64,000 nucleotides of DNA from Candidatus Latescibacterota bacterium (GCA_965242865.1 CBDETK010000013.1:1760001-1824000), one strand, 5' to 3'; positions 14,862 through 25,851 are shown, counted from the stretch's first letter. Notes: a model not told the origin generated them from the sequence alone. Numbers and translations are program-made.

Positions 14862-15089
14862 CTAATCGTAGTCCGCGTCGTCGCTTGGAGGATTTTTGAG
14901 GTCAAGTTCGGCAGTCGAGTCTAGGAGACCGAGTAGTTCGGCAGTCGAGTCGAGGAACTTCTCATGGGTGAGGAACCACTCTGTCCCAGCACCGCGTTCT
15001 GAGTTCTTGAAGTGATCGGCGGCCTCCAAGTGGCTATGAATTTTCTTTTCGACTTCCGCTATGTTCATGCCGTTTGAGCAGGTCAGGTA
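14862..15089 (-). pseudogene. C-terminal fragment of T5orf172/GIY-YIG-like protein
   Basis: EVEKKIHSHLE...GAGTEWF motif; 5' end cut at the IS630 left end. Confidence 0.55.
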
Positions 15090-16211
15090 TAGCAATCCGA
15101 AATGCCTTGAAAGGTTAAGGTTTTCTTTTTATGTTGTCGTTTCGTTTTCTATCGTCCCTTTTTCAGGAGTGTTTTCAGATGGTTTCTGATCGTTCTTTAT
15201 CCGATTTTATCGCCAGCAACCCCGATGCCCGTGAACTCAAACGTACAGTCGCGGTTCAGAGGACCCTGTTGGGGGTCAAACAAGGTATGATTCAAGCGGT
15301 GCTCGGCGTTCCGTCGGGGTTCATCCGTACGTGGAAGAAGCGGTATCTGTCTGAGGGGGTCGAATGTTTGCGCTTAGGCTATAAAGGCTCGCTCTCCTAT
15401 TTGTCGGCCGCTCAGCGGGCGCAAATTACCCGCTGGTTAGCCACCCCATCGCCGCCCTCGGTGGCGTCGTTGGCCTCCTATATCCAAACACAGTTTGGCG
15501 TGGTGTATCGCTCCTCACAGCGTTATTACGCTCTGCTCTCGCAGGCGGGCTATCGTCGGAAGAAGCCCCACGCCCGTTCGCCCCAAGCCGACCCGCGTAA
15601 GGGGATCGCACGGCGCGCTGAGAGTAAAAAACTAGCCGCGTATATGCCAGATCTCCAAGCGGGGCGTCTGAGTGCCTTTTTTGTTGACGAGTCGCACCTA
15701 CCCTGGGGGGATGCTGGGGGCCGATCCGATCAACGGCTTAGGGTGTGCATGGACAACGCCCGTCAACGCCAGACCGATTATGGGGCCTTGGATGTCGTCA
15801 AGGGGACCTTCCTGATGCAAAGCGATCCCAAGGCCAATTCGCAGCATACAGTGGACTTTATACGCTATATACAACAGCGTCGTCCCGGTCAACGGTTATT
15901 GATTTTTTGGGATGGGGCTTCCTATCATCGTCAACAGGCCATGCGCACCGTTCTCGAAACGATACAAGCGGACTGCCCGCCGGTTCCATGGAAGATATGC
16001 TGTATGCGATTGGTCCTTATACACCACAAGAAAATCCGGTCGAAGATATTGGGTTAAAAGGGAAGACTTTTGTGCGTACCCATGCGTTGCGGACCACAAA
16101 CTTTGAACCGATCAAAGACCTCTTTGTCAAGGGAATTCGACGAAAAAATACTTCCAGTTCCCTAAATTAAAGCAATATATAACATCTCTTAAATAATTTA
16201 GAATTGCTATA
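15088..16211 (+). mobile_element. IS630-family insertion sequence (degenerate)
   Basis: Ends TATAGCAATCCGAAAT (15088-15103) and reverse complement TATAGCAATTCTAAAT (16196-16211), 14/16 identical including flanking TA; encloses transposase. Confidence 0.85.
15179..16170 (+). pseudogene. IS630 transposase, frameshifted
   Basis: HTH region, VDES and IFWDGASYH in one frame; PYTPQENPVE (third catalytic residue) in another frame after ~16005. Confidence 0.8.
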
Positions 16212-16761
16212 TTAAAAAAAATATATGGTCGGCTAGCTCGACGAAGTCATGAGCCTGAGCAGCGAGTTCCTCCCCCTTAAACCCCTCAATACCTGGCGTA
16301 TCTACAATCCGTAACGTCTTTTGCTTCGGAGGCCAGAAGTACTGCTTGATCTGAGTCGTGGTGTGTTGTTTTCCAATTCCGATCGTCGTACCATCTCCTC
16401 CTGTGAGTGCTTCCAGTGTCGTACTCTTCCCCGCACGTGTTTGCCCGAATAGCGCGATAGTAACGAGCCCTCTGCTTTTTTGTAAGCCTTTAAGAGTACT
16501 GTCTAGGTCTTTACCTGCTTCATCGGTAAGACGAAGTAATATCTTCTTAGTTTTTTTTAGCTCTCCAGCAAACTCTTTGGCTGTCTCCTGCACAGTCTTG
16601 GATTTACTCTGTACCACGCCAGCCCCGATCTCTTCGACATCCTGTCGGTACTCGGCCAACACGTCGCGCAACGCACATACTCGAGGTGAGGCGGTACGCA
16701 TGGCGTGCTCAGCCGCTTCGCGGCATTGCAGAAGGTCCTTTTCCAGTCCGGCACCTTGCAT
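16207..16761 (-). pseudogene. truncated dynamin-like/MMR_HSR1 GTPase
   Basis: G1 GQTRAGKST, G2 HTT, G3 DTPG preceded by coiled-coil; ends at the IS630 terminal repeat before G4. Confidence 0.7.
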
Positions 16762-17035
16762 GGGCTGATTTCTCTGATTGCCAGTGATCACAGTGCACTT
16801 GCGCCAGATCGTACGAGACTTGCCGACGCAACCAAAACTCGGCGTTGGACCAGCCTGCCTTCTCCAGCCGAATAGCCATCTCCGGCGAAATGGCCGCATG
16901 GCCATTCAGTACGCGCGAAAGCGTATGCCGAGCCACGCCCAACACCTTCGCCGCCTCGGTGACGTTCAGACCGAGCGGCTCCAAGCAATTCTCCTTGATG
17001 CTGTGCCCAGGATGCGGGGGCCTCTTCATCGCCAT
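16709..17035 (-). CDS. higA: HigA-family addiction module antitoxin, C-terminus probably altered
   Basis: [44 protein letters not shown]...FWL..Q..YDL. Confidence 0.85.
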   Translation of the reverse strand: MAMKRPPHPGHSIKENCLEPLGLNVTEAAKVLGVARHTLSRVLNGHAAISPEMAIRLEKAGWSNAEFWLRRQVSYDLAQVHCDHWQSEKSAHARCRTGKGPSAMPRSG

Positions 17036-17106
17036 GATTTCTGCCTCTTGCTAGTGGTGATTGGCCAAAGTGTACCGCGTTCCGGTACACCTGCCAACAA
17101 CGAGCC

Positions 17107-18201
17107 TCACAGCGGCATGTACTCCAGCCCAAAGACCCGCTCGACAAACCAACCCACCCCAAAAAGCCCAATCACGGCCGACACCGCCAAGACGACCGCA
17201 CGCTGATAAGGCCGCCGACTGAGCCAAGCAACCAACGGAAAGACCAGCGCGACAATACCCACTTGGCCGATTTCCACGCCGGCGTTGAACGCAAACAGCG
17301 AGGCGACCAGCCCGTGCGTGGGCAGCCCCAACTCGCGCAGCACATTGGCAAAGCCAAAGCCATGGACCAGCCCAAAGGCAAAGGTGATCATCCAGCGGTA
17401 ATCCGGGCGCTTGAGCCAGAAATTTTCCGCCGCCACGTACACGATGCTCAAGGCGATGGCCGCCTCGATCCACTCGCTCGGCAGGCGGACGATTTCGAGG
17501 GCCGCCAAGCAGAGGGTGATGCTGTGGGCCACGGTAAAGGCCGTGACGACCTTGACCAGACTGAGCAGCCGACCGCCGACCACAATCAGTGCCAACAGAA
17601 ACAGGACGTGGTCGTAGCCGAGGAAAATGTGCTCCACCCCGAGGACGGCAAATTCGTATAGCTGCTCCCACAGCGACTTTTGCCCGGCAAAGGTCTGCTG
17701 CGGCGACTCGGCCGAAAACACGGCTTGAACCAGCGGCTGCCCGGGCAACGCGATTTTGGCCAAGTTTTTGTGCGCGTCCCCAAAGCGCGCCGGCCAGCCG
17801 ATCCAGACCTCCAACGCGCCGACCCGGTCCTCCAACGCGGCGCTGAAGTACAGGTTGGCAAACATGTTCCCCTTGTTGTCCGGGGTGATGTCCCCGCTGC
17901 CGCGCACCAGAGCGAGCGGTTGGCCATCGGCCTTCAGCCGAATGTGCCCTTCGACAAAGGCGAATACGTCGTCGAGGCCGGCCTCCAGCTCTTCGTAGAA
18001 CAGCAGGCTGTCCCCGTCTTGATCAATGCCAATTTTTAAGAGATCGAAGTCGTCGAGGCGCACGCGCACGTTGAGCGCGGCGTCCTCGGCGATCAAATTC
18101 GTGTAACTGGTATTGAGCTTGTGGGCGCGAACCGGGGTGGGGGCGGCCAAAAACAGCAGAACGAGTGCGAGTGTGAGCAAAAAGCTAAGGCGTGTCTTCA
18201 T
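17107..18201 (-). CDS. HupE/UreJ family protein with N-terminal periplasmic domain
   Basis: Signal peptide ending AH, GVEHIFLGYDH, FTVAHSITL, FGLVHGFGFA, FNAGVEIGQ. Confidence 0.9.
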   Translation of the reverse strand: MKTRLSFLLTLALVLLFLAAPTPVRAHKLNTSYTNLIAEDAALNVRVRLDDFDLLKIGIDQDGDSLLFYEELEAGLDDVFAFVEGHIRLKADGQPLALVRGSGDITPDNKGNMFANLYFSAALEDRVGALEVWIGWPARFGDAHKNLAKIALPGQPLVQAVFSAESPQQTFAGQKSLWEQLYEFAVLGVEHIFLGYDHVLFLLALIVVGGRLLSLVKVVTAFTVAHSITLCLAALEIVRLPSEWIEAAIALSIVYVAAENFWLKRPDYRWMITFAFGLVHGFGFANVLRELGLPTHGLVASLFAFNAGVEIGQVGIVALVFPLVAWLSRRPYQRAVVLAVSAVIGLFGVGWFVERVFGLEYMPL

Positions 18202-18577
18202 GTTCCTTCTTTATTAAAGAGCGGATATAAGCGGCAATTTGCTGGCGATCCTCGGCCGAGAGATGCGGATAGCCCGGCATGGCTGTACCGGGCACGCCCT
18301 TCTCAATCGTCCGGGCAATGGCGGCCGCGCTGTGGCCATTTTGGTAAGCCGTGGGATCGCGGAAGTCGCGGGGGGGCGGCCGGAGCGTCGCCGCAACTTG
18401 GCCGTCGCCGCGCCCATCCGGGCCGTGGCACACCGCACACCCATTGCGGGTAAACAGGGCCTTACCGGCCGTGCTGTGGGCTTCGTCGCGCTCGCCGGCA
18501 CAGCCAGCCGCCAACGCCAACGCGACCAACGCCCAGCATCCTATCGCGGCCTTAACCAACGCGGCTTTGCAGTTCAA
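18185..18577 (-). CDS. monoheme cytochrome c lipoprotein
   Basis: LAAGC lipobox, CAVCH heme motif, GTAMP axial Met; exact start uncertain. Confidence 0.85.
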   Translation of the reverse strand: MNCKAALVKAAIGCWALVALALAAGCAGERDEAHSTAGKALFTRNGCAVCHGPDGRGDGQVAATLRPPPRDFRDPTAYQNGHSAAAIARTIEKGVPGTAMPGYPHLSAEDRQQIAAYIRSLIKKEHEDTP

Positions 18578-19865
18578 AGCTAAAGGTCGTCCCTTCCCCT
18601 AACGTGCTCTGTACGCGCACCTGCTCGCCGTGGGCCTCGGCAATATGGCGCACAATGGACAAGCCCAAACCCGTGCCGCCGAGCGCGGCCGACCGCCCCT
18701 TATCCACTCGGTAGAAACGCTCGAAAATCCGGCCCAAGTCCTCAGAGGGGATGCCAATGCCGGTGTCTTGGACGTAAATCGTCAGGCGATCAGTGCCCTC
18801 TACGGGCCGCGTGCCAATGCGGACTTTGCCGCCGGCAGGCGTGTACTTGATGGCGTTGTCGAGCAGGTTGATGAGGGCTTGCTCGATCAACTTGGCGTCG
18901 CAGATCACCCTAACCGAGGGCGGAATGTCGCAGCGCAGGGCGATTTGCTTTTGCGCGGCCGCTTGGCCGACCGAACCAACGGACGCATCGATCAAGGGCT
19001 TTAGCAGGCAAGGGACCCGCTCGACTTCGAGTTGGTCCGACTCCAGCCGCGACAGGTCGAGCAAGTCGCCGAGCAGGTGGGTCAGGCGATCGGCGTGATT
19101 CTCAATGATGCCGGTGAAGCGGCGGGCTGTCGCCCGGTCGTCGAGCGCGCCGTCGGATAAAATCTCGGCATAGCCCTTAATGGCGGTCAACGGCGTACAC
19201 AGCTCGTGCGACACATTGGCCACAAAGTCGCGCCGCATCCGCTCTAGTTGGCGCAGGCGCGTAATGTCGTAGAGAACCGCGACCGCGCCGATGCACTCGT
19301 TCCCTTTGAGGATGGGCGCGACCTGCAGGTCCAAATGGCACTCTGGGACGCCGGTCAGCTCCACTTCCATTTCGCGGCTGCGCCCTTCGGCCAAACACTG
19401 AGCCAGCGCGTCTTGGATGGCCGCGTACCGCACGACCTCGCCGGTCAACAGCCCCTCCAGCGGCGGGTCTAAGTCAAACAGGTTGGCCAGCGCCTTGTTG
19501 GCCAGCACCACCCGGCTGTCGCGATCGACGACCAAGATGGCCTCGGTAATGCTTTCGAGGATGACCTCCAAGCGGCTCTTTTCGCCCTCTAGCCGCTGGA
19601 CGCGCTGTTGAATGCGCCCGGCGAGGTCGTCTAGGGCACTGGCCAACTCGGGATGGAAGCCTTCGCCCCAAGCCGCGTCCCCGAGTGCGGCGGCGTCGAG
19701 TTGGCGCAACCGCGCTCCCTGCCGACGGGCCGCGCGGCCCCAGAGCCAAATTTGGCCCCCAGTCCAGAGCGCGGTCAGCCCGAGCGCGAGCGCGAGGTTG
19801 GCACTCCAGCAGACGAGCGCGGCCAAGAGCGCGTTGCTCAGGAGCAACATCCACCCGAGCCGCAC
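18552..19865 (-). CDS. phoR: phosphate regulon sensor histidine kinase
   Basis: TM, PAS, DFVANVSHEL.TPLT H-box, NLLDNAIKY, DTGIGI, FERFYRVD, GTGLGLSIV. Confidence 0.9.
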   Translation of the reverse strand: MRLGWMLLLSNALLAALVCWSANLALALGLTALWTGGQIWLWGRAARRQGARLRQLDAAALGDAAWGEGFHPELASALDDLAGRIQQRVQRLEGEKSRLEVILESITEAILVVDRDSRVVLANKALANLFDLDPPLEGLLTGEVVRYAAIQDALAQCLAEGRSREMEVELTGVPECHLDLQVAPILKGNECIGAVAVLYDITRLRQLERMRRDFVANVSHELCTPLTAIKGYAEILSDGALDDRATARRFTGIIENHADRLTHLLGDLLDLSRLESDQLEVERVPCLLKPLIDASVGSVGQAAAQKQIALRCDIPPSVRVICDAKLIEQALINLLDNAIKYTPAGGKVRIGTRPVEGTDRLTIYVQDTGIGIPSEDLGRIFERFYRVDKGRSAALGGTGLGLSIVRHIAEAHGEQVRVQSTLGEGTTFSFELQSRVG

Positions 19866-19866
19866 C

Positions 19867-20559
19867 TTAGCGACCCTCCCGGCGAAAGCGATAGCCCATG
19901 CCGCGCACGGTCTCGACTAGCTCGGCGGCCGGCCCGAGCTTTTCCCGCAGGCGGCGGATGTGCGTATCCACCGTGCGGTGATACCCAATGTACTCGTACC
20001 CCCACACCACCTTGAGCAACTCCTCCCGCGACTGCACCCGCCCGCGCCGCTGCGCTAGGGTCGTCAAGAGCTTGAACTCGGTCGCCGTCAGCTCGACGGG
20101 ATCGCGGTCGAGTTGCACCTGACATCCCACGAGGTCAATGACCAAGGGCCCGGCCGCGATCTGGGCAGCGTCCGCTTCGTCGCCCCCCTCGATGCGGCGC
20201 AAGATGGCGCGGATGCGCAGCACGAGCTCGCGCGGAGAAAAGGGCTTGACCAAGTAATCGTCCGCGCCCAGTTCCAACCCGACGATGCGATCGACCTCTT
20301 CGGCCCGCGCCGTCAGCATCAAGATCGGGAGGTCCTTGGTGCGGGGTGTTTGCTTGAGGAGGCGGCAGACCTCCAAGCCGCTGATGCCCGGCAGCATCAA
20401 ATCCAAGACCACGAGGCCGACCTGCTCTCGCTCAATCGCACTCAGGGCCTGCTCGCCGTCCTCGGCCAGCGCGACCGCAAAACCGGATTGTTCTAGATGG
20501 TACGCGACCAATTCGAGGATGTCGGGCTCGTCCTCCACCACTAGAATTTTGTCGTTCAT
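19867..20559 (-). CDS. phoB: phosphate regulon response regulator (OmpR family)
   Basis: ILVVEDE, LDLMLPG, GADDY..KPFS, RTVDTHIRRLREKL, TVRGMGY; context with phoU/phoR. Confidence 0.9.
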   Translation of the reverse strand: MNDKILVVEDEPDILELVAYHLEQSGFAVALAEDGEQALSAIEREQVGLVVLDLMLPGISGLEVCRLLKQTPRTKDLPILMLTARAEEVDRIVGLELGADDYLVKPFSPRELVLRIRAILRRIEGGDEADAAQIAAGPLVIDLVGCQVQLDRDPVELTATEFKLLTTLAQRRGRVQSREELLKVVWGYEYIGYHRTVDTHIRRLREKLGPAAELVETVRGMGYRFRREGR

Positions 20560-21245
20560 GCGTCGCTTTCCTCCCACCAATTTTCCTTTTGGTGCCGCAC
20601 GATGCGCCCCTCCACGAGGAACACCACGTTCTCGGCGATGTTGGAAGCGTGATCGCCAATCCTTTCGAGGTGCCGCGACACCAAGATCAGATAGATGCCG
20701 CGGTCGATGGTGTCCGGCCCAATCGCCGGCGCGTGCATGTACGTCAGCAGCTCGCGAAAAATCTGGTCGCGCAACAAGTCGAGCGCGTCGTCGCGCCGAC
20801 CAACGGCGCGGGCCAGCTCCACATCGCGGCGCACGAACGCATCGAGAGCGTCCTTGACCATGCTTTGCGCCAATTCGGACATGCGCGGGATGTCGATCAG
20901 GGGCTTGAGCAGCGGCAGCTTGTTGAGCACTGCGGCGCGCTGGGCGATGTTGACGGCTTCGTCGTTGATCCGCTCTAGGTCTTCGTTGATTTTCAGGGTG
21001 CAGGCCAACAGCCGCAGGTCGCTGGCCATCGGCCCTTGGGTCGCAACCATCTTCAGGCAGGTCTCCTCCACGCCGATTTCCCAGTCGTCGATCTTCTTGC
21101 CGCCCTCAATCACGGTCTGCACGAGCGCGTCGTCGCGGTCCACGAGGGCGCGCACGGCCTGCTCAATGGACTCTTCAACGGCCCCGCCCATTTTTAATAA
21201 ATCCTGCTTGAGCTCGTCTAATTGGTGGTCGAATTTGCGTTCCAT
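20556..21245 (-). CDS. phoU: phosphate signalling protein PhoU
   Basis: Q.PMASDLR, DLERI.D, LERIGDHASNIAE. Confidence 0.95.
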   Translation of the reverse strand: MERKFDHQLDELKQDLLKMGGAVEESIEQAVRALVDRDDALVQTVIEGGKKIDDWEIGVEETCLKMVATQGPMASDLRLLACTLKINEDLERINDEAVNIAQRAAVLNKLPLLKPLIDIPRMSELAQSMVKDALDAFVRRDVELARAVGRRDDALDLLRDQIFRELLTYMHAPAIGPDTIDRGIYLILVSRHLERIGDHASNIAENVVFLVEGRIVRHQKENWWEESDA

Positions 21246-21258
21246 AGTGCCTTTTGCC

Positions 21259-22038
21259 TCAGCCGAAGCGGCCGGTTACGTAGTCCTCGGTCTGCTTGCG
21301 GCGGGGATTGGTGAACATGTCTTCGGTCTGGCTGAATTCTATCAAGGAGCCTAGATAGTAGAAGGCCGTGTAGGTCGAAATCCGCGCCGCTTGTTGCAGA
21401 TTGTGGGTGACGACGATGATGGTGTAATCGGACTTCAGCTCGGTGATGGTCTCCTCAATGCGCGCGGTGGCAATCGGGTCCAGCGCCGAGCACGGCTCAT
21501 CCATCAGGATCACCTCCGGCTCGACCGCCAAGGTGCGCGCAATGCACAACCGCTGCTGCTGGCCGCCGGACAGGCCCATGGCGCTGTCCTTGAGCCGGTC
21601 TTGGACCTCGTCCCACAGCGCGGCTGCCCGCAGGCTCTTTTCCACGGCCTCGTCGAGCACCCAGCGGCGGTTTTCTCCGGCGATCCGCAGGCCGTAGGCC
21701 ACGTTCTCGTAGATGGACTTGGGGAAGGGATTGGACTTTTGGAACACCATGCCCACCCGCCGCCGCAAGTCGATCACGTCGCAATCGGGCGCGTAAATGT
21801 CGCGGCCACTGACCCGCACCACGCCTTGAATGCGCGCGGATTCGATCAGGTCGTTGAGGCGATTGAGGCAGCGCAAGAGCGTTGATTTGCCGCAGCCCGA
21901 GGGGCCGATAAACGCGGTCACCTCGCGCTCGGGAATGCCCAAGTCAATGTCGTGCAGGGCCTGCGTCTCGCCGTAGAACAGGCTCAGGTTTTCCACTTCG
22001 ACGATGGCGTTTTCAGCCGGGGCAGGGGGCGTGCTCAT
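21259..22038 (-). CDS. pstB: phosphate ABC transporter ATP-binding protein
   Basis: [47 protein letters not shown]. Confidence 0.97.
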   Translation of the reverse strand: MSTPPAPAENAIVEVENLSLFYGETQALHDIDLGIPEREVTAFIGPSGCGKSTLLRCLNRLNDLIESARIQGVVRVSGRDIYAPDCDVIDLRRRVGMVFQKSNPFPKSIYENVAYGLRIAGENRRWVLDEAVEKSLRAAALWDEVQDRLKDSAMGLSGGQQQRLCIARTLAVEPEVILMDEPCSALDPIATARIEETITELKSDYTIIVVTHNLQQAARISTYTAFYYLGSLIEFSQTEDMFTNPRRKQTEDYVTGRFG

Positions 22039-22046
22039 GGCGTCTC

Positions 22047-23642
22047 CTAAAAGGCCGACAGGGCGTATTTCCTACGCAGTTTGTTGCGGACGACAATGGC
22101 CGTCAAGTTCAGGAGCAACACAATGGCCAGCAGCAGCAGGGCCGTGGTGTACACCATGGGCCGGGCCGCCTCCACGTTGGGCGCCTGAAAGCCTACGTCG
22201 TAAATGTGAAAGCCCAAATGCATAAACTTGCGCTCTAAGTGAAAAAACGGCGCGAACGCATCGAGGGGTAAATCCGGCGCTAGCTTGACGACGCCGGTGA
22301 TCATCAGCGGCGCGACCTCGCCGGCCCCGCGCGCCGTGGCCAAGATGACTCCGGTGAGAATGCCGGGCAGAGCACTGGGCAGCACCACGGTCCAAATCAT
22401 CTGAAACTTGGTCGCCCCCAACGCCAGCGCGCCCTCGCGCATCTCCCGCGGCACGGCCGCCAAGCCCTCCTCGGTGGCAACGATGACCACCGGAACCGTC
22501 AGCAGGGCGAGGGTCAGGGAGGCCCACAGAATGCCGCCGGTGCCATAGGTGGGCGTCGGCAGGGCGTCCGCGTAAAAGAGCTGGTCAATGCTGCCGCCGA
22601 TGCCGTACACGAAAAAGCCCAAGCCGAACATGCCAAAGACTATGGAAGGTACGCCCGCCAAGTTGTTGACCGCAACGCGCACGAGGCGCACCAAAAAGCC
22701 CTGCCGGGCGTACTCGCGCAGGTAGAGCGCCGCCAAGACTCCAAACGGCACGGCCGCCAAGCTCATCAGCACCACCATCATCACGGTGCCAAAGATCGCC
22801 GGGAATATGCCGCCCTCGGTGTTGGACTCGCGCGGCTCGCCCGCCACGAACTCCCAGCCCTTGGACAAATAGGTCTGCGCCTTGGCCCCAACGCCCATCG
22901 CATTGGGGCGATAGGCGCGGACAATGGCCGCGACCGCCACGCGGCGCGTCTCGCCGCCAGCCAGCGCGACCTCCACCTGCCAGCGTTGCTGCTGCGCCCG
23001 CAGCTCGTCCAAGCACCCAGACAGGGCCTCGTACTCGGCCCACAGCGCTTGCCGGCGCGCCTCGTTGGCGGCGAGTTGGGCGTCGTTTCCCTCGCGTTGC
23101 CAGCGTCGCTCTTGCCGGCGCACCTCCTCTAGCGCGTGGTTGAGCTCGCCGATGGGGCCGCGCTCTAGGGCGTGGATGCGGTCGCCCAACTCATCGGCTT
23201 GGGCCAGCAGCCCCTGTAAGGCGTCCCAGCCCCCCGCCCCTTTTGCCAGCAGCCGCTCCTCCTCGTACAAGGCCGCGATAACCCCGTGCATGTCCCCCCA
23301 CTCGACCCGCTCGAACACCACGGCCTCGGCCGGCGTTTCGCGCTGGGCAATCGCCGATTCATCCACCCAGCGGAAGTCTTGCCCGTACACGTCGCGGTTG
23401 CCGACCTTTAGCTGCACCCGATAGCGCCCGGCGGCCCCAGGAATGGGCTGGCGATCGACCAGTTTGCCCAAGACGAGCCGGTCGTCTGTAAGGCGCAACA
23501 AGGTCAAGTTCTGCGGCCAGAACGCGCCGGCACCGTGATAGACGATGATCCCCACCAAGCCGGCGATCATCGCCAAGCACAGGGCCAACGCTCCGCCCGT
23601 GAGCCAGATAAAGGGGTCGCCCCGCCGCCAAAAGCCCATCAC
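22047..23642 (-). CDS. pstA: phosphate ABC transporter permease PstA (long form)
   Basis: [34 protein letters not shown]; large N-terminal extracytoplasmic insert. Confidence 0.92.
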   Translation of the reverse strand: MMGFWRRGDPFIWLTGGALALCLAMIAGLVGIIVYHGAGAFWPQNLTLLRLTDDRLVLGKLVDRQPIPGAAGRYRVQLKVGNRDVYGQDFRWVDESAIAQRETPAEAVVFERVEWGDMHGVIAALYEEERLLAKGAGGWDALQGLLAQADELGDRIHALERGPIGELNHALEEVRRQERRWQREGNDAQLAANEARRQALWAEYEALSGCLDELRAQQQRWQVEVALAGGETRRVAVAAIVRAYRPNAMGVGAKAQTYLSKGWEFVAGEPRESNTEGGIFPAIFGTVMMVVLMSLAAVPFGVLAALYLREYARQGFLVRLVRVAVNNLAGVPSIVFGMFGLGFFVYGIGGSIDQLFYADALPTPTYGTGGILWASLTLALLTVPVVIVATEEGLAAVPREMREGALALGATKFQMIWTVVLPSALPGILTGVILATARGAGEVAPLMITGVVKLAPDLPLDAFAPFFHLERKFMHLGFHIYDVGFQAPNVEAARPMVYTTALLLLAIVLLLNLTAIVVRNKLRRKYALSAF

Positions 23643-25846
23643 AGCCGATTGTACTTGTCGCGCAACCGCTGCCGCACGACCTCGGCCAGCGAGTTGATGC
23701 AGAAGGTGGCCGTAAACAGCAGCAGGCCGCTGAGGAAGAGCACTCGGTAGAGCGTACCTTGGTGCGGTGCTTCGGGTAGCTCTACGGCGATATTGGCCGA
23801 AATGGTGCGCATGCCGTTAAAAATGTTCCAATCCATGATCGGGGTGTTGCCCGTGGCCATCAGCACGATCATGGTTTCCCCGATGGCGCGGCCCAAGCCG
23901 ATCATGGCGGCCGAGAATATGCCCGGCAGGGCCATGGGCAACACCACCTTGATCGCCGTCTGCCAAGGCGTGGCCCCCAAGGCCAGCGAGCCGGCGCGCA
24001 AGTGCCCGGGCACGCTGGAAAGCGCGTCCTCGCAGATGGTGAAGATCAGGGGAATGACCGCAAAGCCCATGGCAAAGCCCACCACCAAGCAGTTGCGCTG
24101 GTCGTAGCCAACGCCCGCGTCTTGCCGCAGCCAGCGCAGAAAGTGCCCGTCAAAGGCCCAGTCCTCGAGGACCGGCCCCAGCGCGTACGCCGCCCCAGCA
24201 ACCAGCAGGGTCACCGCCCCGAGCCAGTACATCTCCCCCACCTGGGCCACTCGGCGCACCCAAGCCGCCGGGGCGTATTGCCAAGCCCACGCCGCGGCCA
24301 TGACCACGACGGGCACGGCCGGCAGCAGCAGCAAGGTCCCCAGCAAGTGCGATTCGAGCAGGGGCGCCAGCCACAACCCGGCGAGAAAGCCCAAGATGAC
24401 GCTCGGCAGGGAGGCCATGACCTCCACGGCCGGCTTGACCAAGCCCTGCACGCGCGGCGAGGCAAATTCAGCCGTGTAAATGGCCGCTAAAACCGCCAAG
24501 GGCAGGGCGAAAAGCAGGGCGTAGAGCGTCCCCTTGGCCGTGCCCCAAATCAGCGGCACCAAGCTGAGCTTAGGCTCAAATTCGTCCGTGCCGCCGGTGG
24601 ACTGCCACACGTACTCGCGGCCCTCGTACCCCTCGTACCAAATCGGGGCAAACAGCACGGCCGCGCTGATTTCGGGATGGGGATGGTCCAGGGCAAAACG
24701 CCGCAACCACCCGTCTTGGCCGAGGGCCAAAAATCCATCGGCCTTGGGCGCGAAAACCAACGCGGCCACCGGAGCGTCGCCCGGCCGTTGGAAGGCCGTT
24801 TGCTCGGAGGTCAGGTGGTGCAGGGCAATAGCTCCGTCGGCGGCGGCCGTGAGAACCTGCTTGTCGCGCGCAGAGGCCGCAATGTGGGTGACAGCCGCTG
24901 CATGCGAGGCCAAGGCGTGAATTTTGCGATACGACCGCTGCCCGGCCTCCTCGACCTTAAACCACGCGCTGACGCGGCCGGCCGCGTCGCCGACGACCAG
25001 CGAGAGCTCGCCGAGGGCGTATGCTAGTGCGGAGACGGGAACCTCTGAGACGGTCAGGCAGGTCGCAAGCACGGGGGCTTGCGCTACGGTGGTGCCTAGG
25101 TGCCATTCGCATACCTGGCCCTGGTCGGTGCCTACGAGCAGTTGGCGAATGCGGCTGTCGAGCAGTACTTGGGTGGCTTGGCCGTTGAGGGTGGTCGTTA
25201 GATCGTAGTGCTTTGCTTTGCGCTCGCCCGGTCCCAACAGGCCCTGTTGCTGCTCGGCCACCATCGTCACTAAGCGACCGCTCGCTGTAATCGCGGCGGC
25301 GGCCGACCGGCCGTCGTCGCCTTGCCGAAAGGCCACCTGCACCAGCGGCTCGCCGGCCGGATCGACCGCGACGAGCCGCTCGGTCGCAAATTGCGGCACC
25401 ACCTGCCGCTGGCCGCTGCTGTAGTCGAGCGCAAAGCGCACCTGCGCCAACAGCAGGCGCCCGTCGTCCGTGCCCAGCGCCAAACCGTCGTTTGGGGCGC
25501 GCTGGGCGGCCGTTACCTCGCGAGCGGCCAGCTCAGTTGGTCGTACGCGGCGGATGACTTGGCCGTCGTCCAACCGCAACAAATCCACCTCTTGGGGGCC
25601 GACCGCATACGCGGTCTGATAATAGGGGTCGAGGCCAATGGCGAATGGGCCGACCGCTCGGTGCGCTTGTTCTGCTTTTAGGGCGGGGGCGCGGAACAGG
25701 GGCCATGCCTCGGCGAGGACGAAGACGAATATCCCCAAGACAGCGGCCACAATGCCGATGCCGCCAAAGGAGATAAAGTGCCCGCCCAGCCAGTCTAGCG
25801 CACGGGCGCGCGGCGTGATTCCGCGCTTATGGGGCTTTTGGGTCAC
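23639..25846 (-). CDS. pstC: phosphate ABC transporter permease PstC with WD40-like beta-propeller
   Basis: WYEGY...WQS, KP.VE.MASLPSVILGF, RAIGETMIVLMATGN. Confidence 0.92.
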   Translation of the reverse strand: MTQKPHKRGITPRARALDWLGGHFISFGGIGIVAAVLGIFVFVLAEAWPLFRAPALKAEQAHRAVGPFAIGLDPYYQTAYAVGPQEVDLLRLDDGQVIRRVRPTELAAREVTAAQRAPNDGLALGTDDGRLLLAQVRFALDYSSGQRQVVPQFATERLVAVDPAGEPLVQVAFRQGDDGRSAAAAITASGRLVTMVAEQQQGLLGPGERKAKHYDLTTTLNGQATQVLLDSRIRQLLVGTDQGQVCEWHLGTTVAQAPVLATCLTVSEVPVSALAYALGELSLVVGDAAGRVSAWFKVEEAGQRSYRKIHALASHAAAVTHIAASARDKQVLTAAADGAIALHHLTSEQTAFQRPGDAPVAALVFAPKADGFLALGQDGWLRRFALDHPHPEISAAVLFAPIWYEGYEGREYVWQSTGGTDEFEPKLSLVPLIWGTAKGTLYALLFALPLAVLAAIYTAEFASPRVQGLVKPAVEVMASLPSVILGFLAGLWLAPLLESHLLGTLLLLPAVPVVVMAAAWAWQYAPAAWVRRVAQVGEMYWLGAVTLLVAGAAYALGPVLEDWAFDGHFLRWLRQDAGVGYDQRNCLVVGFAMGFAVIPLIFTICEDALSSVPGHLRAGSLALGATPWQTAIKVVLPMALPGIFSAAMIGLGRAIGETMIVLMATGNTPIMDWNIFNGMRTISANIAVELPEAPHQGTLYRVLFLSGLLLFTATFCINSLAEVVRQRLRDKYNRL

Positions 25847-25851
25847 GGCCT

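Noticed and set aside
14905-14951. 17-bp direct repeat at 30-bp spacing (DSTAEL twice)
   Set aside because: Local duplication inside a gene fragment; no sign of independent function.
22047-25846. Oversized PstA and WD40-fused PstC as a novelty
   Set aside because: This long architecture is already known from Pseudomonas/Vibrio-type pst operons.
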